Source: an uncultured Acidobacteriota bacterium
GTDB lineage: Bacteria; Acidobacteriota; Thermoanaerobaculia; Multivoradales; UBA5704
Length of the DNA: 64,000 bases
Direction: 5' to 3'
NCBI GenBank assembly: GCA_963700145.1
Contig: OY969474.1
Coordinates: forward strand, 1,568,001-1,632,000
The position numbers and the translations under genes were made by a program. Every line of letters begins with the position of its first letter. The stretch's first letter is position 1. A model generated the notes under the pieces. The model did no database searches. It was not told the DNA's origin and was given only the letters and a program-made list of their open reading frames with translations. Shown piece by piece: positions 45,131 through 54,439 of the stretch.

Positions 45131-47083
45131 CTACGGCCGCATCCAGGTGTAGATCCCGCGGCCCCAGATCGACGCATAGAGCTTGCGAGGGTTCTTCGGA
45201 TCCTGGGTCAACTGCAGCACGTATCCGGTCAGACCGGCCGGACGGAACGTCCGTCCGCCGTCGCGGCTCCAGTAGATGCCGCTGCGGTCCGATGGGGAGA
45301 AGCTGTAGTCGTTGTCGAGCACCGCGGCATAGAAGATGCTCGGCTGCTTCGGGTTGATCAGCAATTGGGTGACACTCGATGCCGCCGGGAGCCCGCGGCC
45401 CCAGGCACGCCAGGAGAGCCCGCCGTCGTCGCTGCGCCAGATGCGCTCGGGGCGATCGCCGTATCCTATTTCCGCGTCGGTGCCCAGGAACAAGCGGCCG
45501 TCATGGGACGGATCGATCGCCAGCGAGCGTGGGTCGCCGGCGCTCGCCAGCCCCCGAAGCCGGATACCCGTCCAGTGCGCGCCGCGGTCGGTGCTCTTCC
45601 AGAGGCGGTCCGGCTGCCACGTCATCATCCAGAGGGAGCCTGGCCTTGCCGCATCGAGAATCAGCCTCCCCACCGTGTGCCGGAACGGCGGCAAGCACCG
45701 GAACGTCACACCCCGGTCGTTGCTGCGCGCCAGGCTGCAAGGCTCACCGGGAGCGCCCAGCTCAGCGCCGTTGAGATAGACGACCTTGGGCGTTGCTGGA
45801 TCGACGACGACATTGCTGACGTCGAAGAGAACGTCGTCAGCATTCTCCTGGAGCGCGGTCCAGTGCTCCCCCCCGTCGTCGCTCCGGGCGAAGCCATCAT
45901 CCCAAGCCAGATAGATCGTCTGCGGTTGCCGTGGATCGAGCGCCAGGACGTGGTGCGCAGGGTAGTCCCTCGCGCTGGCGGGCAGGCCTGAATCTACCTG
46001 CCGCCAGCCCGCGCCGGTGCTGAGCGTCTTGAGCACGCCTGCCACGCCCGCGCCGGCATAGATCACGCGCGGCCGCTCGGGATCGATGGCGAACGAGGTC
46101 ACCGTCGTGGCGTGCAGGCCGCGCCGCGCCGGTTCCCACGTCGCGGCGCGATCACGGCTGCGGAAGACCCCGAGGCCGGCCGTCCCTGCCCAGAGCGTTC
46201 CGCCGCCCGCCGCGTAGCACAGCGGGGGTGCAGGCAACGTCGCGGCTCTCTGCCAGGTCTGGCCGTGGTCGGTGCTGAGCATGTCGCCGGCGTAGACCAC
46301 GCCCTGGCGATCCACCGCGATCGGATGGCCACCCTCGGTGCGGTGCCACGTGGCGCCGCCATCCGTGCTGCGCCAGGTGGCAAAGTCGAAGGAGACATAC
46401 AACAGGTCCGGGGTCGTCGGATCCACGGCGAGCTGCGCGGAGCTCTCGTCGGAGCTCGGTTCGAGCCCCCCTCCGAGCCGCACCCAGGTCTTGCCGGCGT
46501 CCGTGCTCTTGATGACTTGCGTGACGCCATAGCCCTCGACCGCCACGCTGACTGCATACAGGGTGTCGGGACGGAAGGGGTCAACGGCGATATCCCTGGC
46601 GTGGGTGATGTCGATGCCGGTGTACACCTCGCTCCAGGTGGCCCCCGCATCGTCGCTCCGGTACAGAAAGTTGATATTACTGGCCCACACCCGGCGGACA
46701 TTGTGTGGATCGACAGCCACCGATGTGGTGTACGCCGAGTGGAGCTTGGGACCGCTCCACGTCGCCCCGGCGTCGCGCGAGACGAAGATACCGTCCTCAC
46801 CGCTGGTGTACACCGCGGAGCCGTCCGCTGCGACGGCCACGTCGTAGACGCCGCGGCGCACCAGGCCCTGGCTCGACCTGAGCCAGGTCGTGCCGCCATC
46901 GGTGCTCTTGAAGACGCCCTGCCCGGTACCGGCGTAGAGCACGCCCGGCTTCCGAGAGTCGGCCTCCAGGGCGAAGATGTCCCCGCCATCCGGGCCGATC
47001 GAAGTCCAGACGTTGGCGGCGCCCGCTGGGGCAGCCGCCAGGCAGATCGACACGACGACGGAAAGCGCGAGGGCTCGGCGCAT
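45131..47083 (-). CDS. Secreted BNR/Asp-box beta-propeller protein
   Basis: Signal peptide; WTSIGPDGG; many S.D.G.TW Asp boxes (KSTDGGTTW, RSDDAGATW, RSDDGGLSW). Confidence 0.88.
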   Translation of the reverse strand: MRRALALSVVVSICLAAAPAGAANVWTSIGPDGGDIFALEADSRKPGVLYAGTGQGVFKSTDGGTTWLRSSQGLVRRGVYDVAVAADGSAVYTSGEDGIFVSRDAGATWSGPKLHSAYTTSVAVDPHNVRRVWASNINFLYRSDDAGATWSEVYTGIDITHARDIAVDPFRPDTLYAVSVAVEGYGVTQVIKSTDAGKTWVRLGGGLEPSSDESSAQLAVDPTTPDLLYVSFDFATWRSTDGGATWHRTEGGHPIAVDRQGVVYAGDMLSTDHGQTWQRAATLPAPPLCYAAGGGTLWAGTAGLGVFRSRDRAATWEPARRGLHATTVTSFAIDPERPRVIYAGAGVAGVLKTLSTGAGWRQVDSGLPASARDYPAHHVLALDPRQPQTIYLAWDDGFARSDDGGEHWTALQENADDVLFDVSNVVVDPATPKVVYLNGAELGAPGEPCSLARSNDRGVTFRCLPPFRHTVGRLILDAARPGSLWMMTWQPDRLWKSTDRGAHWTGIRLRGLASAGDPRSLAIDPSHDGRLFLGTDAEIGYGDRPERIWRSDDGGLSWRAWGRGLPAASSVTQLLINPKQPSIFYAAVLDNDYSFSPSDRSGIYWSRDGGRTFRPAGLTGYVLQLTQDPKNPRKLYASIWGRGIYTWMRP

Positions 47084-47149
47084 GGCGTACTCCTTCCCAA
47101 TTATGTACGACGTCGCACCATTCAGAGAGCCCGCTCCCTCAGCCAGGAA

Positions 47150-47248
47150 GCGAGCGCCTCGGTGAACGCCGGCAGCAGCTTGAAGCCCTCCATGGCGACA
47201 CTTTGGATGGACCGTCCTTGAGCAGTACTGGCATCTGTATCCGTACAT
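47150..47248 (-). pseudogene. Possible YgiT-type zinc-finger remnant
   Basis: MYGYRCQYC..TV.PK N-terminus resembles small YgiT/MqsA-type Zn-finger proteins; reading frame then degenerates. Confidence 0.35.
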
Positions 47249-47334
47249 ACGACTTTGTCGCTCCCTCGTGATGATCAGAAAACGGTTATCTTTGACGAAT
47301 CGGCCGACCCTGGCGACTCGACCATACCCTGGCG

Positions 47335-47540
47335 CCCGTGGACCGACCCACCGGCAACGCCGTGGCCGAGCGCTTCATCCTCACCCCTCAAGTCCGAGCT
47401 GATCTGGACCCGCGACTGGGACTCCGCAGCCGAGCTCGACGCGGCCGTCCGCCACTGGCTCGACGACTACAACTATCGGCGGCCTCACCAAGCTCTCGGC
47501 TGGCAGACGCCGGCCGAGTGCCGAGCCGCCAACCTCAACC
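47335..47540 (+). mobile_element. DDE integrase-core transposase C-terminal fragment (IS3/IS481-like)
   Basis: PTGNAVAERFILT / LKSELIW...WLDDYNYRRPHQALGWQTPAE across a frameshift. Confidence 0.8.
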
Positions 47541-47557
47541 ACCGTACTGCCGCGGCG

Positions 47558-47633
47558 CGCGAACAAGCCCGCGCCGGTCGGCGGCACCAGCGCCGGAATG
47601 GCCATCATGAACGAGTTCGTGTACTCGGAGATG
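47558..47633 (+). repeat. 76-bp direct copy of cyanophycinase-like gene segment 44499-44574
   Basis: CGCGAACAAGCC..GGCGGCACCAGCGCCGGAATGGCCATCATG..GAGTTCGTGTACTCGG.GATG, 3 mismatches. Confidence 0.92.
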
Positions 47634-47762
47634 GCCGAGGTACTTAGCTACCTTTGCCGGTGTCTCGACCGGGAAGGATTCTCGGCGCCGGAGCATCCAA
47701 CGATTCGAGTAGGGATCGCTCTCGCCGGCTGCCTCCGCGCGGCGGCGGGAAAGGAGCCGCCG

Positions 47763-48752
47763 ATGAGATCCATTCCGGTCGTTGTCGCCCTCCTCGTCGC
47801 CGCCGCCTCGCCGGCCTTCGCCCAGGTGGATCGCTGGAGCATCGACGTCGAGGCCGTGTCGCTCGACGCCGGGGGGAACGATCGGCTCGTCCTGACGGAT
47901 CGCGCCGCCGCCGCGAGCGGATCGGCCACCGAGACCACCCACACCCTCGACGCCGGCTCCACGCTCGGCTACCGCGCCGAGGTGCACCGCTCCGGCGGCC
48001 GCTGGCGCTTCGGCGTCGACTTCCTCATCTACCGCACCGATCAGGAGGTCGATCCCGTAACCGGCGCCGCCGGCGGCGGCGCGGCCCAGCGGATCTTCGT
48101 CGTCGGCGGCGGTCAGGTCGTCTCGGACAACCCGGGCGAGCGGCTCTACTACCAGCGCCTCGAGGACACCACGATCGAGCTCTGGTCCGCCGACTTCGTG
48201 GCCTCGCGCGCCATCGCGGGGCGGGACGGCCGCGAGCTGCGGCTGGGGCTGGGCCTGCGCGCCGCCGACTTCGACAACGACTACCGCGCCGTCGCCGGCA
48301 TCGAGGGCGTCGGCGGCCTGCGGCTCGACGCCTCGTCGAACTACGACCGCATGCACGGGCCGCTGGTGGCGCTCAGCGGCGCGATCGAGCGCGGCCGCAA
48401 CCGCTTCGAGGGCACCCTCGGCCAGGCGGTGGTGTTCGGAGACGTCCAGCTGTCGAGCGGGCTGCGCGAGTTCGCCGGCCCACCGACCCTGGACGTCGAC
48501 GCCGAGTTCCCGGCGATCCGCGGCGAGCGCTTCAACCAGGTCGAGAGCGTCACCATCCCAATGACCGAGCTGCGCCTCGAGTGGCGGTTCCGGCTCACCG
48601 ACCACATCGCGCTCGGCGCCGGCGGCTTCTTCGCCGCCTGGACGGACCTCGCCGTGCCGCCCGGCGTCGAGGCGGGCTCGACCCTCGACACGCTCGACGA
48701 GAACACCCTCGAACTGTTCGGCGCCTCGGGGGGCGTGACCCTCCGGTTCTGA
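47763..48752 (+). CDS. Putative outer-membrane beta-barrel protein
   Basis: AAGGAG RBS; signal peptide AFA-Q; amphipathic strands; C-terminal GVTLRF. Confidence 0.7.
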   Translation: MRSIPVVVALLVAAASPAFAQVDRWSIDVEAVSLDAGGNDRLVLTDRAAAASGSATETTHTLDAGSTLGYRAEVHRSGGRWRFGVDFLIYRTDQEVDPVTGAAGGGAAQRIFVVGGGQVVSDNPGERLYYQRLEDTTIELWSADFVASRAIAGRDGRELRLGLGLRAADFDNDYRAVAGIEGVGGLRLDASSNYDRMHGPLVALSGAIERGRNRFEGTLGQAVVFGDVQLSSGLREFAGPPTLDVDAEFPAIRGERFNQVESVTIPMTELRLEWRFRLTDHIALGAGGFFAAWTDLAVPPGVEAGSTLDTLDENTLELFGASGGVTLRF

Positions 48753-48769
48753 GCGCCTGCTTCACGGGC

Positions 48770-49330
48770 AAGTCGACTGCTGGGAGAGCTGCCCGGATGT
48801 GCTTGGCGGGCCCTGAGGCTCTATCTGGCCGCCTGCTTCGATCGCAACGACGTTGTCCCCGGGACGATCGGCTTCGCGCAGACAGCGGGCGAGCTCTTAG
48901 GCTGGCATCCCCACCTGCTCGCCGACGGCGGTTGGCTCCCCGACGGCAGCCTTCGTCACCTCCTCGACCTCGACTCCGCTCAGGTCGAGAAGCTCTTCCA
49001 GGCCGAGGTGCTTCGCCTCCTCGTCGGGCGCCGCAAGATCGGCGACGAGGTGGTCGAGAGCCTCCTCTCCTGGCGCCACAGCGGCTTCTCGGTCCACGCG
49101 GCGGTGCGGGTGGAGGAGCGGCAGGAGGCGGCTCGCCTGGGTCGTTACGGGATCCGCTGCCCTCTGGTGCTGGATCGCCTGGCCTGGGACGAGACGAGGT
49201 CGTCTACTCCGCTCGCCCCTCGCGCTGCGATGGCGCCTTCATCGTCGAGCGCTCCTCCCTCCACGGCATCCTCAAGAACCTCGACTCCGACGGCCAGCAG
49301 CCCGAGCCTCTCGCCCACTCACCGCCCCCC
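48770..49330 (+). mobile_element. IS91-family (HUH Y2) transposase remnant
   Basis: PGTIGFAQTAGELLGWHPHL (degenerate HUH), LLSWRHSGFSVH..VRV, RLGRY..R.PL.L.RL; truncated and frameshifted. Confidence 0.75.
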
Positions 49331-49379
49331 GAGGCCGCGGCTCACTACGACAGCAGCTCGTGGGGCGGCGGCCATCGGC

Positions 49380-50414
49380 CTAGATCGCTACTCGCAGGCG
49401 CCACCAGCCCAACCACGCCAGAAGCACGGCAGCGAGCAGCAATCCGGCGGCGGACGCCGCGGGCACCACGATAGGGGCAGTAAAGCAGAAGCGGACCTGA
49501 CCATTGCCGGTCTGGAAGCCGCCCATCGGGCTAAAGACCAGCGGTGCTGCTGAGTAGGACCCACCGCCGCCGCCAATGCCGCTAAGAGTCGCCGCCCCTC
49601 CACCTCCGCCGTCGAATCCACCGCCGCCTCCACCTCCGCCAACACCGTTGCTGGCGACGCCCGCACCACCGCCGCCGCCAAAACCCCCACTGCCACCGCC
49701 GCCGCCCCCGCTGCCGCCGGCCGCGCCATTGACGAGCGCAGCGCCGCCAGTGGCGGCTATGGGGCAGTTGCCAGTCGGTGCGGCGTCGCCGCCATCGGTG
49801 AGGAGACCGCCACCACCCGCGCCCGCGCAGCCCGAGGGATGACTACCGGCGGCCCCACCGTTGCCGCCAGCGCCTGCAACGCCTCCGGTACCGCCACCAC
49901 CACTGCCGCCAGCACCGGCTGTCCCGCCAGCGCCTCCGGCCGTACCCAACTGGCCAGCACCACCGCCACCACCGGCAGCAATGAGCAGGCCGCCTAGATT
50001 GGGCGCGCGATACACCCAAGAGCCACCACCTCCGCCACCGGCCGCGCCGGCCGCTCCAATGCCCCCGACCAGTACGTTGAGCGTCTCGCCGGGCGTGACG
50101 GCAAAATCCGCCACCAACCGCACGCCTCCTCCGCCGGCGGCTAGCGGCCCTGCACCGCCTCCAGCGCCAGCAAGGTCTATCCTCGCTTCTGTCACGCCCG
50201 GTGGGACGACAAACGTCTGCGGCGCCGGCGGAGACACCACGTCGAACACCACCACCCCGGTATCACTGCACGGCGGGGGAGGTTGCGCCACGCTCGGCTC
50301 AGCAGCCGTCACCATGACAACTAGCAGAGCTCGCCAGTGGAGCTTCCCCCCCTGCGCGGTCCTCTCGCGGATCTCACGTCCGCACCGGCCGCAGCCCCGC
50401 CTCTCGGGTGCCAC
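49380..50414 (-). CDS. Glycine-rich surface protein with IPTL-CTERM-like sorting tail
   Basis: QTFVVPPGVT...GAGGG...VTPGETLNVLVGG..G, LIAAGGGGG glycine-rich domain; tail VPAASAAGLLLAAVLLAWLGWWRLR; start uncertain. Confidence 0.72.
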   Translation of the reverse strand: MAPERRGCGRCGREIRERTAQGGKLHWRALLVVMVTAAEPSVAQPPPPCSDTGVVVFDVVSPPAPQTFVVPPGVTEARIDLAGAGGGAGPLAAGGGGVRLVADFAVTPGETLNVLVGGIGAAGAAGGGGGGSWVYRAPNLGGLLIAAGGGGGAGQLGTAGGAGGTAGAGGSGGGGTGGVAGAGGNGGAAGSHPSGCAGAGGGGLLTDGGDAAPTGNCPIAATGGAALVNGAAGGSGGGGGGSGGFGGGGGAGVASNGVGGGGGGGGFDGGGGGAATLSGIGGGGGSYSAAPLVFSPMGGFQTGNGQVRFCFTAPIVVPAASAAGLLLAAVLLAWLGWWRLRVAI

Positions 50415-50654
50415 CTGCGTCTCAAGAGATAAAGGGATAGGGCATTCCTTATCTGGGCAGAGCCTACCATCGTCCAGCGGGAGGGGCGGGATAGATCTCC
50501 GGCGTGCGCACAGTAGGGCGATGTCCCGATTCCTGTTGAATTTGGCTGAGTAGCGGCGGCGTCGTGCAGCCGTCCGCTGCTCCCGAGACACCGAAGCGAA
50601 GCGGCGGGTACCATGGAGAGAGCGAGGACGGTGGAACGGATCGCACCCTCTGCG

Positions 50655-50914
50655 AGGCGGACGGGGCCGACGACTGCCGTAGGTACACGATGGCCTTGCG
50701 CTGTCGATGAGAGGGCGAGATCTTCGGGTCGTCACGCAGCGCACTCATCGCGTGGCCCTCCTGCGGCGCGGTGAACCGCCTCGATCGCCTCCGCCATGCG
50801 GGCGATTAGCTCCTCTTCCACCTCGGGGGTCGTGTGCACCGGAGGTCTCCGCTCCGGCCCGGGATGGAGATCGAGATCCACTGGCAGGATCAGCTGCTGC
50901 AGACGGCCCTGCAA
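50655..50914 (-). mobile_element. Remnant of serine-recombinase element (small ORF + recombinase N-terminus)
   Basis: MSALRDDPKISPSHRQRKAIVYLRQSS (YxRxS catalytic motif) then loss of similarity; overlapped by upstream 60-aa ORF 50732-50914. Confidence 0.65.
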
Positions 50915-50975
50915 GAGCTAGGGGTGAAGGGCGCCCGCTAGGGGCCTGCTACACTCGGTCCTGACGCTCGGACCG

Positions 50976-52100
50976 ATGGAACGCTCGACCGCCCTCCGCA
51001 CCCCCCGCCCCGCCGAGGAGATGGCCTTCCAGCCGCTCCTGGACTCCTTCCGCGGGCGCCTGGACCGCGAGCTGGCCGCCTTTCTGGCGCGCAAGCGCGA
51101 GGCGGCCGGAGCCGCCGAGGCGCTGGAGCTGGTTGACGGGGTGGCGCGCCTGGTGGCGCAGGGGGGCAAGCGCCTCCGCCCGGCCCTGGTGCTGGCCGCC
51201 TACCGGGCCTGCGGCGGCCGGCGGGAGGAGGCGGCGCTGCCGCTCGCGCTCTCGACCGAGCTGCTCCACACCTACCTCCTGATCCACGACGACATCATGG
51301 ACCACTCCGAGGTGCGCCGCGGCGAGCCGGCGGCCCACGTCCGCTTCGCCGACAGCCACGCCGCGCGCGGCTTCCGCGGCGACGCGGGCGACTTCGGCCG
51401 CTCGGCGGCGATCCTGGTCGGCGACCTCGCCCACACCTGGGCGGTGGAGCTGTTCGGCGCGGCTGCCGACCTGGTGCCGGACCCCGAACGCCGGCTTGCC
51501 CTGCGCGGCGCCTTCTCGGCGATGGCCGAGGAAGTGATCGCCGGGCAGTACCTGGAGATCCAAGTCGGGCTGCGGCCACGCTCCGAGGGAACGATCGAGG
51601 ACGAGCTGCTCCGCGTCCTCCGCCTCAAGTCGGGCCGCTACACCGCCGAGCGGCCGATCCAGCTGGGCGCCCTGCTGGCCGGCGCTCCGTCCGGCCTGCT
51701 CGATCTCTTGTCCCGCTACGGCGCCGCCGTCGGCGAGGCCTTCCAGCTCCAGGACGACCTCCTGGGCACGTTCGGCGACGCGGAAACGGTCGGCAAGCCG
51801 GTCGGCGCCGACCTGCGCGAAGGCAAGTACACGTTCCTCGTCCACCACGCGCTCGAGGCATCCTCCCCCGCCCAGCTCCGTCTGCTCAGCGACGCCCTCG
51901 GCGACCACGACCTCACCGCTGACCGGCTCGCCGCCGTCCGCCGCGCCCTCGAGGAGACCGGCGCCCGCGCCCGCGTCGAGGCCATGGTCGAGGAGCGCCT
52001 GCAGGTCGCCGCCGCCGCCCTCGAAGGCCTGCCGCTGGCGCCCGAGGGGGGCGCCTTCCTCGCCGGCCTCCTCGACTGGCTCTGGGAGCGAGAGCAGTGA
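50976..52100 (+). CDS. Polyprenyl diphosphate (FPP/GGPP) synthase
   Basis: GGKRLRP, LIHDDIMD...RRG (FARM), GQYLE, KSGRYT, AFQLQDDLLG (SARM), GKPVGADLREGKYT; extended -10 TGCTACACT at 50947. Confidence 0.95.
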   Translation: MERSTALRTPRPAEEMAFQPLLDSFRGRLDRELAAFLARKREAAGAAEALELVDGVARLVAQGGKRLRPALVLAAYRACGGRREEAALPLALSTELLHTYLLIHDDIMDHSEVRRGEPAAHVRFADSHAARGFRGDAGDFGRSAAILVGDLAHTWAVELFGAAADLVPDPERRLALRGAFSAMAEEVIAGQYLEIQVGLRPRSEGTIEDELLRVLRLKSGRYTAERPIQLGALLAGAPSGLLDLLSRYGAAVGEAFQLQDDLLGTFGDAETVGKPVGADLREGKYTFLVHHALEASSPAQLRLLSDALGDHDLTADRLAAVRRALEETGARARVEAMVEERLQVAAAALEGLPLAPEGGAFLAGLLDWLWEREQ

Positions 52101-53131
52101 AGCTCGCCCCCTGGGCCGCCGATCTCGGCCGCGACCGCAAGGCCGAGCACATCCGGCTCGCCCTCGAAGGCCGCATGCAGGGCACCGGCGGCGCCTTCGA
52201 CCGCTACCGCTTCGAGCACCAGGCCCTCCCCGAGCTCGACTTCGACGAGATCGACCTCTCGACCACCTTCCTCGGCAAGCCCCTGGCCGCCCCGCTCCTC
52301 GTCTCCTGCATGACCGGCGGCACCGAGATCGCGGCGCGGATCAACCGCCACCTGGCGCTCGGGGCCGAGCGGGTGGGGCTGGCGCTTGGCGTCGGCTCGC
52401 AGCGCAAAGCGTTGGAGGATCGGACGAAAGCTGATACCTTCCGCGTCCGCGACGCCGCGCCGTCCGTCCCCCTCCTGGCCAACCTGGGCGCCGTCCAGCT
52501 CAACTATGGGGTGGGGGCGGCCGAGTGCGAGGCGGCGGTGGCGATGATCGGGGCCGACGCCCTGGCCTTCCACCTCAACCCGCTGCAGGAGGCCATCCAG
52601 CCGGAGGGGCAGCGCGACTTCCGGGGGCTGGTCGCCAAGCTCGGCGAGGTGGCGCGGGGGCTCTCGGTGCCGGCGATCGCCAAGGAGATCGGCAGCGGCC
52701 TCTCGGCGCGCGCCGCACGGGCGCTCCACGACGAGGGGTTCCGGATCTTCGACACCGCCGGCAGCGGCGGCACGAGCTGGGCGCGGATCGAGGGGGAGCG
52801 GGCGGGGGACCCGGACCTGGGCGAGGTCTTCGCCGACTGGGGCATCCCGACGCCGGAGTCGATCCGGGCGCTGGCCGAGCTGCCGGGCATCACGTTGATC
52901 GGCAGCGGCGGCGTGCGCAACGGCGTCGACGCGGCCAAGGCGATCGCGCTGGGCGCGGATCTCGTGGGGCTGGCCTACCCGTTCCTGGAGGCCGCCAGCG
53001 AGTCGGCCGAGCGGGTCGTCGAGCGGGCCGAGCGGATCGTGCGCGAGCTCAAGATCGCCATGTTCTGCCTCGGCGCCAAGGACCTGGCGGCGCTCAAGGC
53101 CGCGACGCTGCACGGAAGGGCCGACCAATGA
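52097..53131 (+). CDS. fni: Type 2 isopentenyl-diphosphate delta-isomerase
   Basis: RKAEHI, MTGG, GVGSQR, ANLGAVQL, HLNPLQEAIQPEG, KEIGSG, GGTSW, WGIPT, SGGVRNG. Confidence 0.96.
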   Translation: MKLAPWAADLGRDRKAEHIRLALEGRMQGTGGAFDRYRFEHQALPELDFDEIDLSTTFLGKPLAAPLLVSCMTGGTEIAARINRHLALGAERVGLALGVGSQRKALEDRTKADTFRVRDAAPSVPLLANLGAVQLNYGVGAAECEAAVAMIGADALAFHLNPLQEAIQPEGQRDFRGLVAKLGEVARGLSVPAIAKEIGSGLSARAARALHDEGFRIFDTAGSGGTSWARIEGERAGDPDLGEVFADWGIPTPESIRALAELPGITLIGSGGVRNGVDAAKAIALGADLVGLAYPFLEAASESAERVVERAERIVRELKIAMFCLGAKDLAALKAATLHGRADQ

Positions 53132-54423
53132 GCCAGATCAAGCCCGTCGATCCCGTCCCCCCCGCGAGCCACTCGCGCGAAGAGCTGGTGCGTTCGCTGG
53201 TCTCCGGCGAGCGCCGCTTCCACGAGCTGCCGCGCGACCTCCCCGCCGGCGAGGCCGCCGAGGTCCGTCGCCAGGCCCTCGAGGAGATGACCCAGGCCGA
53301 GCTCAAGCACGTCGGCCACCACTCCCTCGACGTCTGCCGGGCCTCCTACCGCCACTGCGAGAACTTCATCGGCGTGGCGCAGGTACCGATGGGGGTGGTG
53401 GGGCCGCTGCGGGTGCGCGGCGAGCGGCTCGACGGCGAGGTCTACGTGCCGCTGGCGACGACCGAGGCGGCGCTCATCGCCTCGACCAACCGCGGGTGCG
53501 CCGCGCTGCGCGCCGCCGGCGGCGTCGTGGTGCGGGTCGAGGACGTGGGGATGACCCGCGCGCCGGTCTTCCGCACCTCCGGCGTCATCCAGACGCAGCA
53601 GTTCGTGCGCTGGATCCGCGAGCACGACGCCGAGCTGCGGAAGGTGGCCGAGGGGACCAGCCGCTACTTGAAGCTCCTCGACGTCCGCCCCTTCGCCTTC
53701 GGCACCACGGTCTTCCTCCGCTTCCGCTTCGACGCCGGCGACGCCATGGGCATGAACATGGCGACGATCGCCTGCGACCGCATGGTCAGCGAGCTGATCG
53801 AGCCGCAGACGGGCGTCCCCTGCATCGCCCTGTCGGGCAACTACTGCACCGACAAGAAGCCGGCCGGCATCAACTTCCAGGAGGGGCGCGGCAAGCGGAT
53901 CTACGCCGAGATCCTGCTCGACGGCGAAGTGCTGCACAGCTACCTCAAGACCGATTCGCGCTCGCTCGTCGAGGCGCAGTACCGCAAGAACCTGCTGGGA
54001 TCGGTGGCGGCCGGGTCGCTCGGCTTCAACGCCCACTTCGCCAACGTGCTGGCGGCCTTCTTCATCGCCACCGGGCAGGACGCGGCGCACGTCGTCGAAG
54101 GGTCGCTCGGGGTCACCTGCATCGAGCCGCGCGGCCCCGAGGGGGTCTTCGCCTCGGTCTTCCTCCCCGACGTGCCGCTCGGCGCCATCGGCGGCGGCAC
54201 CGCGCTCGACACCCAGCGCGAGGCGCTGGCGGTGATGGGGGTCTCCCCCGACCCGCAGCGGCGCGGCGACGCGGTGATCCGCTTGGCCGAGATCTGCGGC
54301 GCCGTGGTGCTCGCCGGCGAGATCTCGCTGATGGCCGCCTTCACCTCGCAGGACCTGGCGCGCGCCCACGAGCGCCTGGGCCGCGGCGCCGCCGCGCCCG
54401 ACCTGCCGCTGCTGCCGACCTAG
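53128..54423 (+). CDS. hmgA: Class I (NADPH, archaeal/eukaryote-like) HMG-CoA reductase
   Basis: CENFIG, PLATTE.AL.AS.NRG, GMTRAP, DAMGMN, cis-loop SGNYCTDKKP, ATGQD.AHVVE, GGGT, LAGEISL, AHERLGR. Confidence 0.95.
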   Translation: MSQIKPVDPVPPASHSREELVRSLVSGERRFHELPRDLPAGEAAEVRRQALEEMTQAELKHVGHHSLDVCRASYRHCENFIGVAQVPMGVVGPLRVRGERLDGEVYVPLATTEAALIASTNRGCAALRAAGGVVVRVEDVGMTRAPVFRTSGVIQTQQFVRWIREHDAELRKVAEGTSRYLKLLDVRPFAFGTTVFLRFRFDAGDAMGMNMATIACDRMVSELIEPQTGVPCIALSGNYCTDKKPAGINFQEGRGKRIYAEILLDGEVLHSYLKTDSRSLVEAQYRKNLLGSVAAGSLGFNAHFANVLAAFFIATGQDAAHVVEGSLGVTCIEPRGPEGVFASVFLPDVPLGAIGGGTALDTQREALAVMGVSPDPQRRGDAVIRLAEICGAVVLAGEISLMAAFTSQDLARAHERLGRGAAAPDLPLLPT

Positions 54424-54439
54424 CCCGGGAGGGCCCCGC

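Noticed and set aside
44499-47633. 76-bp repeat pair as DGR template/variable repeat
   Set aside because: Only 3 mismatches, one not at adenine; target is a catalytic motif, not a C-terminal variable region; no reverse transcriptase in window
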